Origin: Callorhinchus milii
Lineage: Eukaryota
NCBI RefSeq assembly: GCF_018977255.1
Contig: NW_024704742.1
Coordinates: 112,408,001 to 112,472,000, forward strand
Length of the DNA stretch: 64,000 nt
Direction: 5' to 3'
This document shows, one piece after another, positions 13,037 through 25,839 of the stretch. Numbering within the stretch: position 1 is the first letter of the stretch; the number at the start of each line of letters is the position of its first letter. The notes under the pieces were generated by a model that was not told the origin of the DNA, searched no databases, and saw only the letters and a program-made list of their open reading frames with translations. A program made the translations under genes and the position numbers.

Positions 13037-14090
13037 CTGTAAAACAATCCAGATTGGATATTCAAACAATATTAATGAAAACAGACAGATTTTTTGTGAG
13101 AATCGTAAAAAGCTAGACAGGTGCTCCATCTTACACCTATCTCATTTGCAAAATTATTTAGTAAATAAAAATATCTATTAGATACGAACTGCACATTTAA
13201 TATTTAGTACAGGTACAATATCCAATTTGCAGGTTCAATGTAAATTATTGATTAAAGCTTGATCAACATTCTTTAAAGCACAATTAACTTCTCATGTCAA
13301 CCTCAACACGCCAAAGCATTCATTCTAATGACATCTCCAACATTCTGGCTGGCTCCTAAAACTATTTGCATCTCGAACAAAAGTATCTTTGTTGAATCAT
13401 TTCTGCTCACCATAATTACTGAATGAAAAATAAATAAACATAAATAATTCACTGATTATACTGGAGTGTTTCCCCAGTACTTTTCCCAAGAATGAGCATG
13501 GACAGCAGATGTCATTGAGACACTGAGCTGTATCAGTCAATCTTGATCCTCTTACCAAGCATCTGCACAAATGTACTTTTCCAAGACACTTGGAAAGAGA
13601 AGAAAAGCGGTGGCCAAAAGTGTGCTCAAAAAGGTGGGTTTTCAAAGAAGGGGTAGGAGGAGAAAAGGCAGAGAGTTTGGGATGGAATACAAAGAGCAGG
13701 GCTTTGGGCCTGTGGGCTTGCCAACTGATGGACTGAGCTCGAAGCTGGGATGTAAGGTTACAAGAGATAAGAGTCAGGCTGTGGAGGGATCTGAAAGTGA
13801 GGGCAAGGAGGGTGAAAGGACAAGAGCTGCAGAGGCTGAATGGTATAAGGATTTTGAGCACAGTTAGGAGAACAAGACAAGACACCAAGGTCCGTGGGGT
13901 GGAGTGAGCATTCACGCAGGTTGATGAGGTCAATGCATTAGGTTGACTAACCAAGGCCTTATTAACATAGGTTTATTGCTGACAAATGTTCTAACTCATA
14001 ATACTCAAGCTGAAGTACAAAATATATTTTTCAAGTTACCGCAAATTTTGCCAATGTTGCTGAACAGTAAAGTTCAATACTTATGAATAA

Positions 14091-16092
14091 GCTGCTGAAC
14101 GCACATGGCTTAAATCAAACTTAACAGTCCATCGGCAGATCTGGCTGGACCTTATCAAATCTTATTGTTCCGCCCTCGCCTCTGCTAAATCGTCGTTCTA
14201 TTCCGAGACAATCTTGGAGGCCAAGGACAACCCCAGGCTCCTCTTCTCCATCACGAACCAGCTCCTTCGCCCCCCGTCTCACGCCTCGCTCATCCTCCCA
14301 TTAAATGCCAACTACGAGGCGATACTGGACTTCCTTGAAACCTAAGTTGAGGGGATCCACTCAGCTGCCTCTGCCATTCCACCTGCTAGCCCCTCCCCAT
14401 ATCCCCCCTACCCATCCCTCCCTCCACACCTTTGAACCCTTCTCCCACTCCTCTCTCATCACCACTACAAATCGCATGAAACTGACCACCTGCTCCTCCG
14501 ACCCTATCCCTACCCCTCTCCTTACCTCGCAGCTCCCCCTCCTTTGCCCCTTTACTCAGACGCCATAAGCCTCTCCCTGTCCACTGCTACTGTTCCTACC
14601 CCATTAAAAACTGCCGTCATCACTCCTATCCTTAAAAAAAACTCTCCCTGGACCCATCTCTACTCCCAAACTACTGCCCCATCTCCAACATCCCTTTCCT
14701 CTCCAAGGTCCTGAAAAGAGTTGTTACTTCTCAGCTTCGTTCCTTCTTCTCTCACCACTCTCTTCACAAACCCCTCCAATCGGGTTTCCGTGCAGCTACA
14801 GTACAAAAACAGCCCTGGTCTGAGTGACAATTGAAATTCTGTCCATCTGCGACCAGGGCTCCTTCTACCTCCTCGTCCTCCTTGACCTCTCTGCTGCCTT
14901 CGACACTGTTAACCACTCTATCCTCATCCACCGCCTCTCCTCCCAATCTTCACGGTTCTGTCCTTGATTGGTTCAGATCATACCTTTTACACTGCCTCCA
15001 CTTCATCTCCATGAATGGTTTCTCCTCTAGTATCCGCTCCATCTCGTGCGGTGGTGCCCTCCTCTTCAATTTTTTTTGCTCCCTCTTGGTGATATAATCC
15101 GAAGACATGAGGTCAACTTCCACATGTATGCGGATGACACCAACTGTACCTCTCTGCCTCCACCCTCGACTCCAGGACCACTGCTGTCCTGACAGAATGT
15201 CTGTCAGACATCAAGTCCTGGATGAGAGCTAACCTTCTTCAGTTAAACGTCAACAAGACCGAGGCCTTCCCGATTGGCTCCCATCAGTGCCTCCTCACCT
15301 CAGGCGCTAACAGCATCACCATCCATGGTTGCACACTCCACCTTCCTAAGCCAGTCCAGAACCTTGGCATCTTGTTTGACTTTCAACTGTCCTTTCTACC
15401 TCATATCTGCACCATGACCGGCTCTGCCTTCCCCCACCTCTGCAACATCACCCGGCTCCGCCACCATCTCACACTGCAGGCCGCCAAAACCCTCATACAT
15501 GCTTTCATTACATCGAAGCTTGACTATACAAATTCATTGCTTGTCAGCCTCCCCAACTCCTCCCTCCATAGACTGCAGATCATCCAGAAGTCTGGAGTCT
15601 GTATCCTCTCCCGCACCATGCTCCGTGACCCTATCACCCCCATCCTCACCTGACTCCCCTGGCTTCCCATCACACAGAGGATACAGTTCAAGATCCCGGT
15701 CCTCACCTTCAAAGCCCTCCATAGTCTTTGTCCCCCCACCTCTGCGACCTTCTAACCCCTTACCATCCTGTTCGCTCCTTCCACTCAGCGGCTCCAGCCT
15801 GCTTCACATCCCCCGCCTCGCTCGCCCCACTATTGGTGGGCGGACCTTCCGTCACTCTGCCCCCATCCTCTGGAACTCCATCTCGTAGTCCTCGCCCCTC
15901 CCTTGCCTCCTTCAAGACCCATCTCAAGACTCTTCTTTGACCGTGCTTTCAATCTCCCTGCTTCCTCCCCTGCTCTCTACTCTTCCTGATCCCAACCCCC
16001 AGCTCGGGTCCGAAACTCTGTCTGTCCAAGGCCTTGGGACGTCCTCCTGACGTAAAAGGCACTATACAAATGTAATTTTGTTGTTGTTGTTG
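14091..16092 (+). mobile_element. 5'-truncated, decayed L2 LINE
   Basis: RT fragments (MYADD, LQLNVNKTEA, SKLDY) in broken frames; tail GCCTTGGGACGTCCTCCTGACGTAAAAGGC...(TTG)n. Confidence 0.92.
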
Positions 16093-16227
16093 AATTCTCA
16101 CATTTCTGAAAGTTTTAAAACTTTAACGATAGTAAGTGAAGAAAACAGTCACTAATATTTTCAGGTAAGCCACTATCCATCTTCACAAATAATTACACTT
16201 TAAAAAGCATTCAGCTTATCCTCTCAC

Positions 16228-16345
16228 CACTTCCTCCACAAGGTCCTCTACAATGAGGCCTTGCTCATCGGTTCGGAGATTGGTCACCCACATCCATCCA
16301 TCGTCCAGTTCATTGTGAACAATAAACATATCCCCCTTTAGGAAA
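16228..16345 (-). CDS. RASA1: RASA1 exon 5 (SH3), 118 bp
   Basis: FLKGDMFIVHNELDDGWMWVTNLRTDEQGLIVEDLVEEV; ttcag| acceptor, GTG|GTGAG donor. Confidence 0.97.
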
Positions 16346-17289
16346 CTGAACAAAGAGAATGCCTTATTTTATTACTTAAAGCCATAATCAGTAAAGATAA
16401 AAACATTTTCAAATTAACTGTAGAGCAGTGGCAATTACAAGGCCTCTTGGGGCAACCTAAAGTATTGATCTGGATTTAATTTTTCGTCTCAGTTAAAATT
16501 TTTATAAATCTCCATGAAGGCCCATTCTGAGTCATCTTCTCTCAAGACTGAAGATACCTAGCTTGTCTAATGATTGCTCATAGCCAGGGCCAATAGAAAA
16601 TTGCAGAAATCTTTGCCGAAAATTGCGGGGAGTTAATTGGTGTTATTGAGGTACATTTTACTGCCAACCTACATATATTTCACTTTATTGACAAAAACAT
16701 TACATGAGGAATTTACACATATTAGATTGTTACAAAAAAATTATGAATGCTTTCTTCAGCAAAAACAGTGTGGACCACTTTGGTGTGGGAGTGGGGTATG
16801 CGGGGGAATGACACCAACCAAGGCCCGAAGTACCCAATACCCACACACTACACTTGAAGGTCTGGAGATCCGCCAACACCAACATTGTTTGCCAAGCTCC
16901 CATATCCTGATTGCTGCAGTCCTCTCGGGGTCCACCACCGCATACAAACCCAGAGAGAGAGAGAGAGAAAGAGAGAGACAGACAGACACTTCACAGACAA
17001 AGACACACACACACGCAGAGAAAGACACACCCACACAAAAAGAGAGGCACATACTCACACACAGAGGGAGAGAGAGACGCACAACAACAACTTGCATTTA
17101 TATAGTACCCCTCACACAGGGCAGTGCCCCAAAGTTTAAGAGACAGAGAGAGAAAGAAATACACAGAGCGAGAGAGCCACACACAAACTCAGACAAACAT
17201 ACCAGATACAAAGACACATTCACACAGGCACTTAAACACACACCAACAACGAGCACATATAACGCCATCCACGCAGGGCAGCTTCTCAG

Positions 17290-18320
17290 AGTACTTAACA
17301 GTCGAGGAGCCTGATTCCGAGTCGGAGAGTGTGGAGGGAACCGCAACCTCCAATGGTGGGGCGGAGGGTTGATGGGAAAGAGTTAGGAGACCGGTGCCAG
17401 TCAAACGAGGCGCCAGGTGGTGGATTGGAGTGAGATCGGACAAGGAGGTGTCAGAGAGTGAAGGGATTTGAACACAAGTGTGAGGATCTTGAAGTCGATC
17501 CGTTCAGTGATGGGGAGCCAGTGGAGCCTGGTCAGAACTGGTGAGATGCGAGTACGGAGTTTGGTCCAGGCAAGTATCCAGGCAGCAGAGTTCTGAATGA
17601 ACTGGATCTTTTGAACAGTGGAGCTGGGGAGACCGACGAGGAGTGTGTTTGAGTAATCCAAGCGGGAGGTGACAAACGCAGGCATGAGGGTTTCGGCTGC
17701 ATTTGGGGTAAGGTATAATCGGAGGCAGGCTATGTGGCGCAGGAAGAAGGCGGTCCTGGTCAGGGACCGGATTGGGGGAAGAATGACAGCTAAAGGTCGA
17801 ACCAGATGCCTGGATTGCGCACTGGTTCGTTCAGTGTGAGCCCAGGGAGGTTGAGGGGTTTAGATCCGCAGCAGTGAAGAAGTTGATGGGAGTCGAGGAG
17901 TATTTGTCCACATTCAGCTGCAGGAAGTATGCACTCATTCAGACCCTGATGTCTGCCAGACAAGCTGATAGAACATCAGCGGGGGCGGGAGGAGAAACCA
18001 TTTGCTGAGATGAAAAGGAGGCGGTTGGATAAGAAGGACTCGAACCAAGCGAGTGCGGTCCCACTAAGGTGGATGAGGGAAGATGCGGTGGAGGAGGATG
18101 GCGTGGTTGATTATGTCGAACGTGGCAGAGAATTCCAGGAGGACAAGGAGGCAGAGGGAGCCCTGGACACAGATAGAGAGAATGTCGTTTGTGACTTTGA
18201 CAAACGCTGTCTCTATGATGTGGGCAGGGCGAAAACTAGACTGCAGCAGCTCGAGGAGGGAGAGGGTGTGACCGAAGTTGGCCTGCAACCATCTTTTGAA
18301 TAGTGGAGCTGGGAGAGGAG
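17290..18320 (-). mobile_element. Decayed L2 fragment (different subfamily)
   Basis: FVTSRLDYSNTLL, LHWLP, LQSSFRPAH motifs. Confidence 0.85.
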
Positions 18321-18354
18321 TGAGTTTGACCACACACATTCCCACCCCCCCCAA

Positions 18355-19889
18355 GACAACAACAAAATTACATTTGTATAGCGCCTTTCACGTCAGGAGG
18401 ACATCCCAAGGCGCTGGACAGACGAGTTTCGGACCCAAGCTGGGGGTCGGTGTCGGTGAGCATGGAGGGCAGGGGGAGAAGCAGAGAGATTGAAAGCACA
18501 GTCGAAGAGGAGGGTCTTGAAGGAGGCAATGGAGGGGGCGAGGCAGAGTGACTGCGGGATGGAGTTCCATAAGGTGGGGGCAGAGTGGCAGAAGGCCCGC
18601 CTGCCAATGGTGGAGCGAGCGAGGCGGGGGATGTGAAGCAGGCCGGAGCCTACTGAATGGAGGGAGCGAGCGGGATGGTAGGGGGTTAGAAGGTCGCAGA
18701 AATGGGGGGAGCCAAAATCATGGAAGTTTTTGAAGGTGAGGACCAGGATCTTGAATTGTGTCCTCTGTGTGATAGGAAGCCAGTGGAGTTGGGCAAGGAT
18801 GGGGGTGATAGGGTCACGGAGCCGGGTGCTGGAGAGGACATGAGCTGCAGAGTTCTGAATGATCTGCAGCCTGTGGAGGGAGGAGTTGGGGAGGTCAACA
18901 AGCAATGAGTTTGCATAGTCAAGCCTCGATGTAATGAAAGCATGTATGAGGGTTTCGGGGGCCTGTAATAATAATAATCCTTGCATTTGATATAGCGCTT
19001 TTCACGTCGGGAGGATGTCCCAAAGCGCTTCACAGAACACACTGTAAAGTGAATTGACTGTATATTTGTGGGCGAACGCGGCAGCCAATTGCGCACAGCA
19101 ATGTCCCACAAACAGTCGTAGATTGAAAATGACCAATTTATTATTGTTTTTAGTTTTTGGAGGGATTATTATTAGGCGTGTGGAGTAAGGAAACTTGCCC
19201 AAGGTTTCGCCCTGCCTGGAATTGAACTCAGGTCTCTCGCTTGCAAAGCGAGTGCTCTAACCACTGAGCTACAGGACTCCAGAGTCCTGTAGCTCAGTGG
19301 TTAGAGCACAGTGTAGTGTGAGACAGTGGTGGAGCCGGGCGATGTTGCAGGAGAAGGCAATGCCAGTCATGGTGCAGATGTGAGGTAGAAAGGATAGTTG
19401 AGTCAAACAAGGCGCCAAGGTTCCGGACTGGCTTAGCAAGGTGGAGTGAGCAACCAAGGATGGTGATGCTGTCAGCGTCTGAGGTGAGGAGCTGCTGGCA
19501 GGAGCCAATCAGGAGGGCCTTGGTTTTGTTGACTTTCAACTGAAGAAAGTTAGCTCTCATCCGGGACTTGATGTCTGGAAAACATTCTGTCAGGACAGCA
19601 GTGGTCCTGGAGTCAAGGGTGGAGGTAGAGAGGTAGAGTTGGATGTCATTTGCTTACATGTGGAAGTTGACCCCATATCTGCGGACGTTGTCACCAAGAG
19701 GGAGCATATAGATATTGAAGAGGAGGGGACCAAGAACAGAGCCCTGAGGAACGCCGCATGAGATGGTGCAGGGGCTAGAAGATAAACCGTTTGTGGAGAT
19801 GAGGTGAGAGGTAAGACCTGAATCAGTCAAGGACAGAGCCGTGAATGAGGAGAGTGGTCGACGGTGTCAAAGGCAGCAGACGTCAAGGA
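18355..19889 (-). mobile_element. Decayed L2 LINE with a SINE inserted at 18966-19309
   Basis: L2 tail at 18355-18415; [26 protein letters not shown]; colinear across the SINE. Confidence 0.9.
18966..19281 (-). mobile_element. Young SINE copy inside an L2
   Basis: Near-identical to 41912-42238. Confidence 0.92.
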
Positions 19890-20555
19890 CACACATACAG
19901 AGGAGAGACACAAACAATCTCAACAGTGGGGCCTCGGAGTGGATCAAGGCCAATTTCCTGCTCGCGCCGTGGATCATCCTTGTTATTCTCCTCTCCATCG
20001 CAACCCTTTTGTTGCGGTGACTGGTACTGTATGCAGCACTCATGCTGTGCTGACCAAAGCACTATACAGTCTGAGTATGATGTCTGGGAATCTACACTCA
20101 ATCGATTTAGCAATATATCCCAGCATCCTGTTTGCGGCTACCTCACATTGTTTTGAATAGTGACCGACAAGTCAAATAACAAGTGCTGGGCAGGGGGGCA
20201 CTGCACTAAAGGAGAAGCAATGCTTTAGATGAGACGTTAAACCGAAATCTGCAATGCATGTTCAGGTAGACATTAAAAAACCTATGACAATATTCGAAAA
20301 GAGAAGGGAGTTTCTCTCTGCATCTTGACCAACAATTCTGCATATAAAATTTGTCATACACTTCATGGCTATTAGTGTACACAAATGGGCTACCATGTTT
20401 GCCTACAAATATATAGGTTACTACATTTTATAGTAAATTCTGTGAAACAGACATTGACGTAATAAGGTGACAATCAAAATGAATTTTTATTGGACATTGT
20501 GAAGAACATTTATTCAAAGAATAAATCTGAAATGCATTGAAATCTAACATCTTAC

Positions 20556-20626
20556 CTAATTTCATCTGTATCTGGCACTTTGGTGTACGGCAGGATAGCT
20601 CGGACTCTCCTCCTGTCCTCAACGGG
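20556..20626 (-). CDS. RASA1: RASA1 exon 4 (SH3 start), 71 bp
   Basis: PVEDRRRVRAILPYTKVPDTDEIS; acag| acceptor, AG|GTAAG donor. Confidence 0.96.
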
Positions 20627-22064
20627 CTGTAATTTCGACAGAGATAGAAATTATTTGAGTGTATAACATTGAATCTCAAAGAAAACTTTAAGTAAAATTT
20701 GAAACAATTAACTCTTCCTACAGAAGATAATTGTTTAATTTAACAAATCATTATTTGTATTTATTTTCCCTTGTATAGGAGCAGGTGGCGCAAATAGTGC
20801 CGAACTTCTTATGAACAGACGCAAAAGGAACATGGTTATTTTGTCCAATGTGGACATATCATCAAACTAAAACATTCTTTCATGCATCCTTCCAGAATAA
20901 TGCTATCCTTTCAGTATCATAACAGTAAAATACACAAACAGGAGGACTTAACGGTTACATTTTTAAAAGGCTTCATATATAGTTACTATTATCCTGGGGT
21001 GGGGGAGTAACAAAGGTAAGCCAGGTCCTCTTGGGTTTGAGGTGGCTCCAACATTATGTCCTTAGACATGGAATGTTAGAATCAAGACTATGGCAGTCCT
21101 GACTTGTTGCCAAGACTTGGGAGGGACAGACAGCTCTTGGCTCCTAATGGTCCAAGGTGGATAAACAGCAGGAAGCTTGCCACACAGTGCTCTCAATTGG
21201 AAGCTATGTGGTTTTAGCTGCTTAAACTCCAGCAGTAGCCTAAGGCACACGTTGGAGTCCAAGGCTTTGGCTCTCATCAACCTATGCCTAATATGTTCTG
21301 GAATTAAGCAAGCATGTGTCCTCCAGAGAGTGCACGTTCCATTCGAGACAGAGACATTTCTATGTGTAGGTGGCATGCACATATGGAATGGTGTCTGGTA
21401 AGCATGGGTTTTCGCATGTGTGGAAAGACAGTAGTCAGACACACCATATTTCAGACACCTAGTTATCTAAAAAATGGTAAAGAAACAGAGGGCGGGTGTA
21501 TTTTTAGAAGTAAAGCACGGAGGATAATGTGTTGCCAATTCACATGCAAATCCAAATATTCAGAGCTGTTGGGGGAAAATAAAAGAGACCGAAGGCACGG
21601 TCAAAGAGATGACCTTGAAAGAGGTGAGGGAAGGGGCAAAGTGAAGGGACTCCAGGATGGAGTTCCAGAGAATGGGGGCAGATAAGCAGAAAGTCCAACT
21701 GTAGATGGTGGGGCAGGCAGGATGGGGACGTGAAGCAGGCTATACCTGCTAAGTGGAGGGAGCAGACGGGTTGGCCGAGTAAATGAAGGATGAAGTGGTC
21801 AATTGTGTCGATGTACATACCACATATTGCTAAACAAATTAAGGCAGTAACTAGAGTGAAACCAATCAAGTCACAATTATAAGACTTGTGTTAAGATTTA
21901 ATTAAGGTTTCATTACAGAATATAGTAACAGAATTGTTACATCAAGTTGTTTTTTCAATCTTAGCCACAGACCCACATTTTAAGATTTTGCATAATCAAC
22001 ACTAATACATAAAACTTGTTACTGGTCTGATACCAATATTTCTAATAACCACTTATCCACGTAC

Positions 22065-22200
22065 CTCTGGAGGTGCTACCGGAAATAATAGTTTCTCCCC
22101 CTTTAGCAAGCAAGACACATGACTGTAGTAACCTATCAGGTCTGAAAGTGAGGAAAACCGTCGTCCACCAATGTAATAATCACCACACATTGCAATAATC
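22065..22200 (-). CDS. RASA1: RASA1 exon 3 (N-SH2), 136 bp
   Basis: IIAMCGDYYIGGRRFSSLSDLIGYYSHVSCLLKGEKLLFPVAPPE; ctctag| acceptor, GAG|GTACGT donor. Confidence 0.97.
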
Positions 22201-22448
22201 CTAGAGCAATCAGAGCAACAGAATAAGCAAAAAAATGTACCTAAAATAATTAAAGTAACTAATAGTGCCACTTCACTTAATACGAATTCTAAACCAACAC
22301 AAGTTAATGCACCATTGATAACATATTTGTCCCAATACATTCAGGGATTTAAGAGGCATGACCGCACAATACAATTCACTTGCAATGAACATTAATATTC
22401 AACAGGTACTTTCGATTAACTTTTACTTTGTATAATGTAATGACCCTA

Positions 22449-22925
22449 TAAAGGTGGAGAGCGTGCAAAGGAGATTTATCAGAATGGTACCAGGGACGAG
22501 GTACTTTAGATATGTGAAGCTCAGATTGTTCTCCTTTGAGCAGAGAAGATTAAAGAGAGATTTAATAGGGGTGTTCAAAATTATGAAGGGTTTTGATAGA
22601 GGAGATAGGGAGAAACTGTTTCCATGAGCTGGTGGGTCAGTAACTAGGGCACATAGATTTAAGATAATTGGCAAAAGAACCAGAGGGGAGATGAGAAGAA
22701 TTTTTTTTATATACAGAGTTGTTACGGTCTGGAATGCACTGCCTGAAAGGGTAGTGGAAACAGATTCAACAACAACTTTCAAACAGGAATTATATAGATA
22801 CTTGAAAAGGAAAACAATGCAGGGGTATGGGGAAAGAGTGTGACTGATAGGGTAGCTCTTCCAATGAACCAGCAAATAAACGATGGGCCGAATGGCGTCC
22901 TTCTGTGCTGTAATATTCCATGAAA
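22449..22925 (+). mobile_element. CR1 LINE 3' end
   Basis: VERVQRRF, LFSFEQRRLKRDLIGVFKIMKGFD, WNALP; 3' UTR ATGGGCCGAATGG. Confidence 0.9.
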
Positions 22926-23039
22926 GATTATCCATTTTTTTTCCCTTTAATGAAGGTACATGAATTATGTTATCTACGTGTAATGTAAAGAGCATGTTCT
23001 GATCTTCAAACAATCTTTTGCTCTTCATACTAAACTTTA

Positions 23040-24160
23040 CTCTGAGACTTGTAAGCAAAATAGAAGCCCACGGTATTAAAGGGACAGTGGCAGCATGGAT
23101 ACAGAACTGGCTGGGAAACAGAAAGCAGAGAGTGGTGGTGAACGGTTGTTTTTATGACTGGAGGGAAGCGTGCAGTAGTGTCCCCGAGGAGCCAGTATTG
23201 GGACCACTACTGTTTTTGATCTATATAAATGACCTGGACTTGGGTATAGGGGGTACAATTTCCAAATTTGTAGATGATACCAAGATAGGAAAAGTAATAA
23301 ACTGTGAGGAGGATAGTAGCAGACTTCAAATGGACAGAGACAGACTGGTAAAATGGGCACACAAGTGGCAGATGAAATTTAATGTGGAGAAATGTGTAGT
23401 GATGCATTTTGGGAGGAAGAATCGAGAGGCAATATAAGCTGATGGTACAATCTTAAAGGAAGTGAAGAAAGAGACCTGGGAGTTCATATAAGTAAATCTT
23501 TGAAGGTGGCAGGACAGGCAGATAAAGCTGTTGAAAAAGCATACAGAATGCTAGGCTTTATAAATAACGGCATAGAATACAAAAGTCAGGAAGTTTATAA
23601 AACACTGGTTAGGCCTCAGCTAGAGTAATGTGTTCAGTTCTGGCCACCACACTTTGGGAAGGATGTCAAGGCAATGGAGAGGGTGCAAAGGAGATTTTTC
23701 AGGATAGTACCAGGAATGAGGGACTTAATTTATCAGGATAATAGAGAAGCTAGGTTTATTCTCCTTTGAGCAGAAAAGGTTAAGAGGAGACTTAATGGAA
23801 GTTTTAAAAATTATGAGGGGATTCGATAGGGCGAACAAGGAGAAACTGTTTCCACTGACGGGTAGGTTTGGTAACCCCAGGGCACCGACTTAAAATTGTT
23901 GTTAAAACAGAGGGGAGGTGAGGAGAAATTTTTTCACACAGCAAATTGTTCGGATCTGGAATGCATTGCCTGAAAGGGTGGTGGAAGCTGAGTTGATAAC
24001 TTAAGAGAGAAGTAGATAATTATTTGGGGAGGACAAATTTGCAGGGCTACGGGGAGAGAGCGGGGGAGTGGAATTGAATTAGATAGCTCTTTTGAAAGAG
24101 CCAGCACAGACACGATGGGCCGAATGGCCTCCTTCTGTGCTCCTTAAATCTATGATTCTA
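23040..24160 (+). mobile_element. CR1 LINE, 5'-truncated RT to 3' tail
   Basis: WIQNWLGNRKQRVVVNG, VLGPLLFLIYINDLD, KFVDDTK, KFNVEKCVVMHFG; (ATTCTATG)n tail, which continues at 24495-24510. Confidence 0.93.
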
Positions 24161-24171
24161 CAGCATATCAT

Positions 24172-24496
24172 GTGAAGTCCTGTAGCTCAGTGGTTAGAGC
24201 ACTTGCCTTAAGTGTGAGATCTGGGTTCAATTCTTGGCAGGGTGAAACCTTGGGCAAGTTTCCTTGCTCCACACGCCTGATAATAATCCCCAAGAAAGAA
24301 AAACTAATAAAATTGGTCACTTCAATCCACGATTGTTTGTGGGACACTGCTGTGCGCAATTGGCTGCTGTGTATGTTCCGCCCACAAATATACAGTTAAC
24401 TCACTTTACAGTATATTCTGTGAAGCACTTTGAGGCATCTTAGAAGGCATGAAAAGCACTATATCAAATGCAAGGATTATTATTATTATTTATTAT
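24172..24496 (+). mobile_element. SINE copy inserted in a CR1 tail
   Basis: Full head-core-tail structure; CR1 ATTCTATG repeats on both sides. Confidence 0.9.
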
Positions 24497-25839
24497 TCTA
24501 TGATTCTATGAAGAATGTAGCAACAGTAAAGTTTTTCTCTCTAATTAAGAAGCTGTTCGGATAGTCAATGGGCAGAGAATTCCTCAACTTGCACAATGTA
24601 GTTTCATTATCATACTGCAAACTGAAAATGTTTTTTTAAAACAGCCAAATAGCTTACAGTGCCATTTACAAACATCTCAAAGTACTTAGTAAACTCAGCA
24701 GTGGTCACCAAGCAAGAAGTGTGAGACGATATTAAAAAGTAAGAATGAGGATATTAAAATAATCCCAAGGAGCAAGCCAGTAAAATTTAGTCTGTTTCGG
24801 GGTTATAGGAATGCAGGATATGACATTACATGCATGGAAATTTCTGTAATGTAATGGAGTACATACTCTTCCCCAGAAGGAGAAATGTGGATATAGGAAT
24901 GCAAGCAAAGAACATTGGAGAAAATCTAGGAGGCAACCATGATATGGATTAGCCCACCATGCTGAAGGCAGATATGCAATGCATAGCTGATGATGGAACA
25001 CACCACCACAGAGGATTGACTCCATTCCGAAGGCACGTTACCTTCAAGCCAGCTCAACCCAACCCTGTGGATAATCATTTGTTGGCCATTTGACCTTACA
25101 CTCTTTCTCCACATTTTAAAAAAAATGTGGAGAAAGAGTGGATAAGGAGAACAGGGACTCATCAAAAACAGATCTATGTATCTCAGTAGTGAAAAAAGAC
25201 ATAGCTAAATAGTTGCATAACATTCTATTCGAAGAGGAATTTGGCTACAATCTTCACAGTGGAAAATGATCGGATTGTAGAAATACAGGGAATACGAGAG
25301 GTTGGTGAATTGGACCAGGTTTGGTCAGACGGCAAACAATTTGATACGAGAGAGCCCTCACTAGGTGAGTAGCAGATATGAAAGACAGTAAAGAAAGGAA
25401 CATTCACAGAAATAAAGGCGGTAAATTTAGCAAAAGTGAAGGAAACTAATAGCACATCTGATAATGCAACACTTACTTTCATTCTGTCTTTGAACTCAGC
25501 CTCTATAAATACTATAATGCAATTAAACGGACATCTAGTGACTGGTGGTTTCCGAGAGCCACCTGGTTGACTTCCCCTATGGTCTCTGATTAGCAACTAT
25601 CAAAGTTTAGCAAGATCAGACTGGAAACTTGCCACATAGCATAGCATCGGATTCTAGTCCAAGAGATAATTACTACATCACAAAACCTATTAAAGCAGAG
25701 ATTCTAATTCTGGTGTGAAGCAACCATAATTAAATATCGTTACCGCAGGTATCAAACAGAGAAAATGACCTTTTTTAAAATTAATAGTAAGGGACAGTGG
25801 CAGGCAGATTGGGTTGAAAATAGAACGCAACATAACACT

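Noticed and set aside
16637..17372. Overlapping ORFs of 60-225 aa (also 39834-40230)
   Set aside because: Translations of CA/GA low-complexity tracts.
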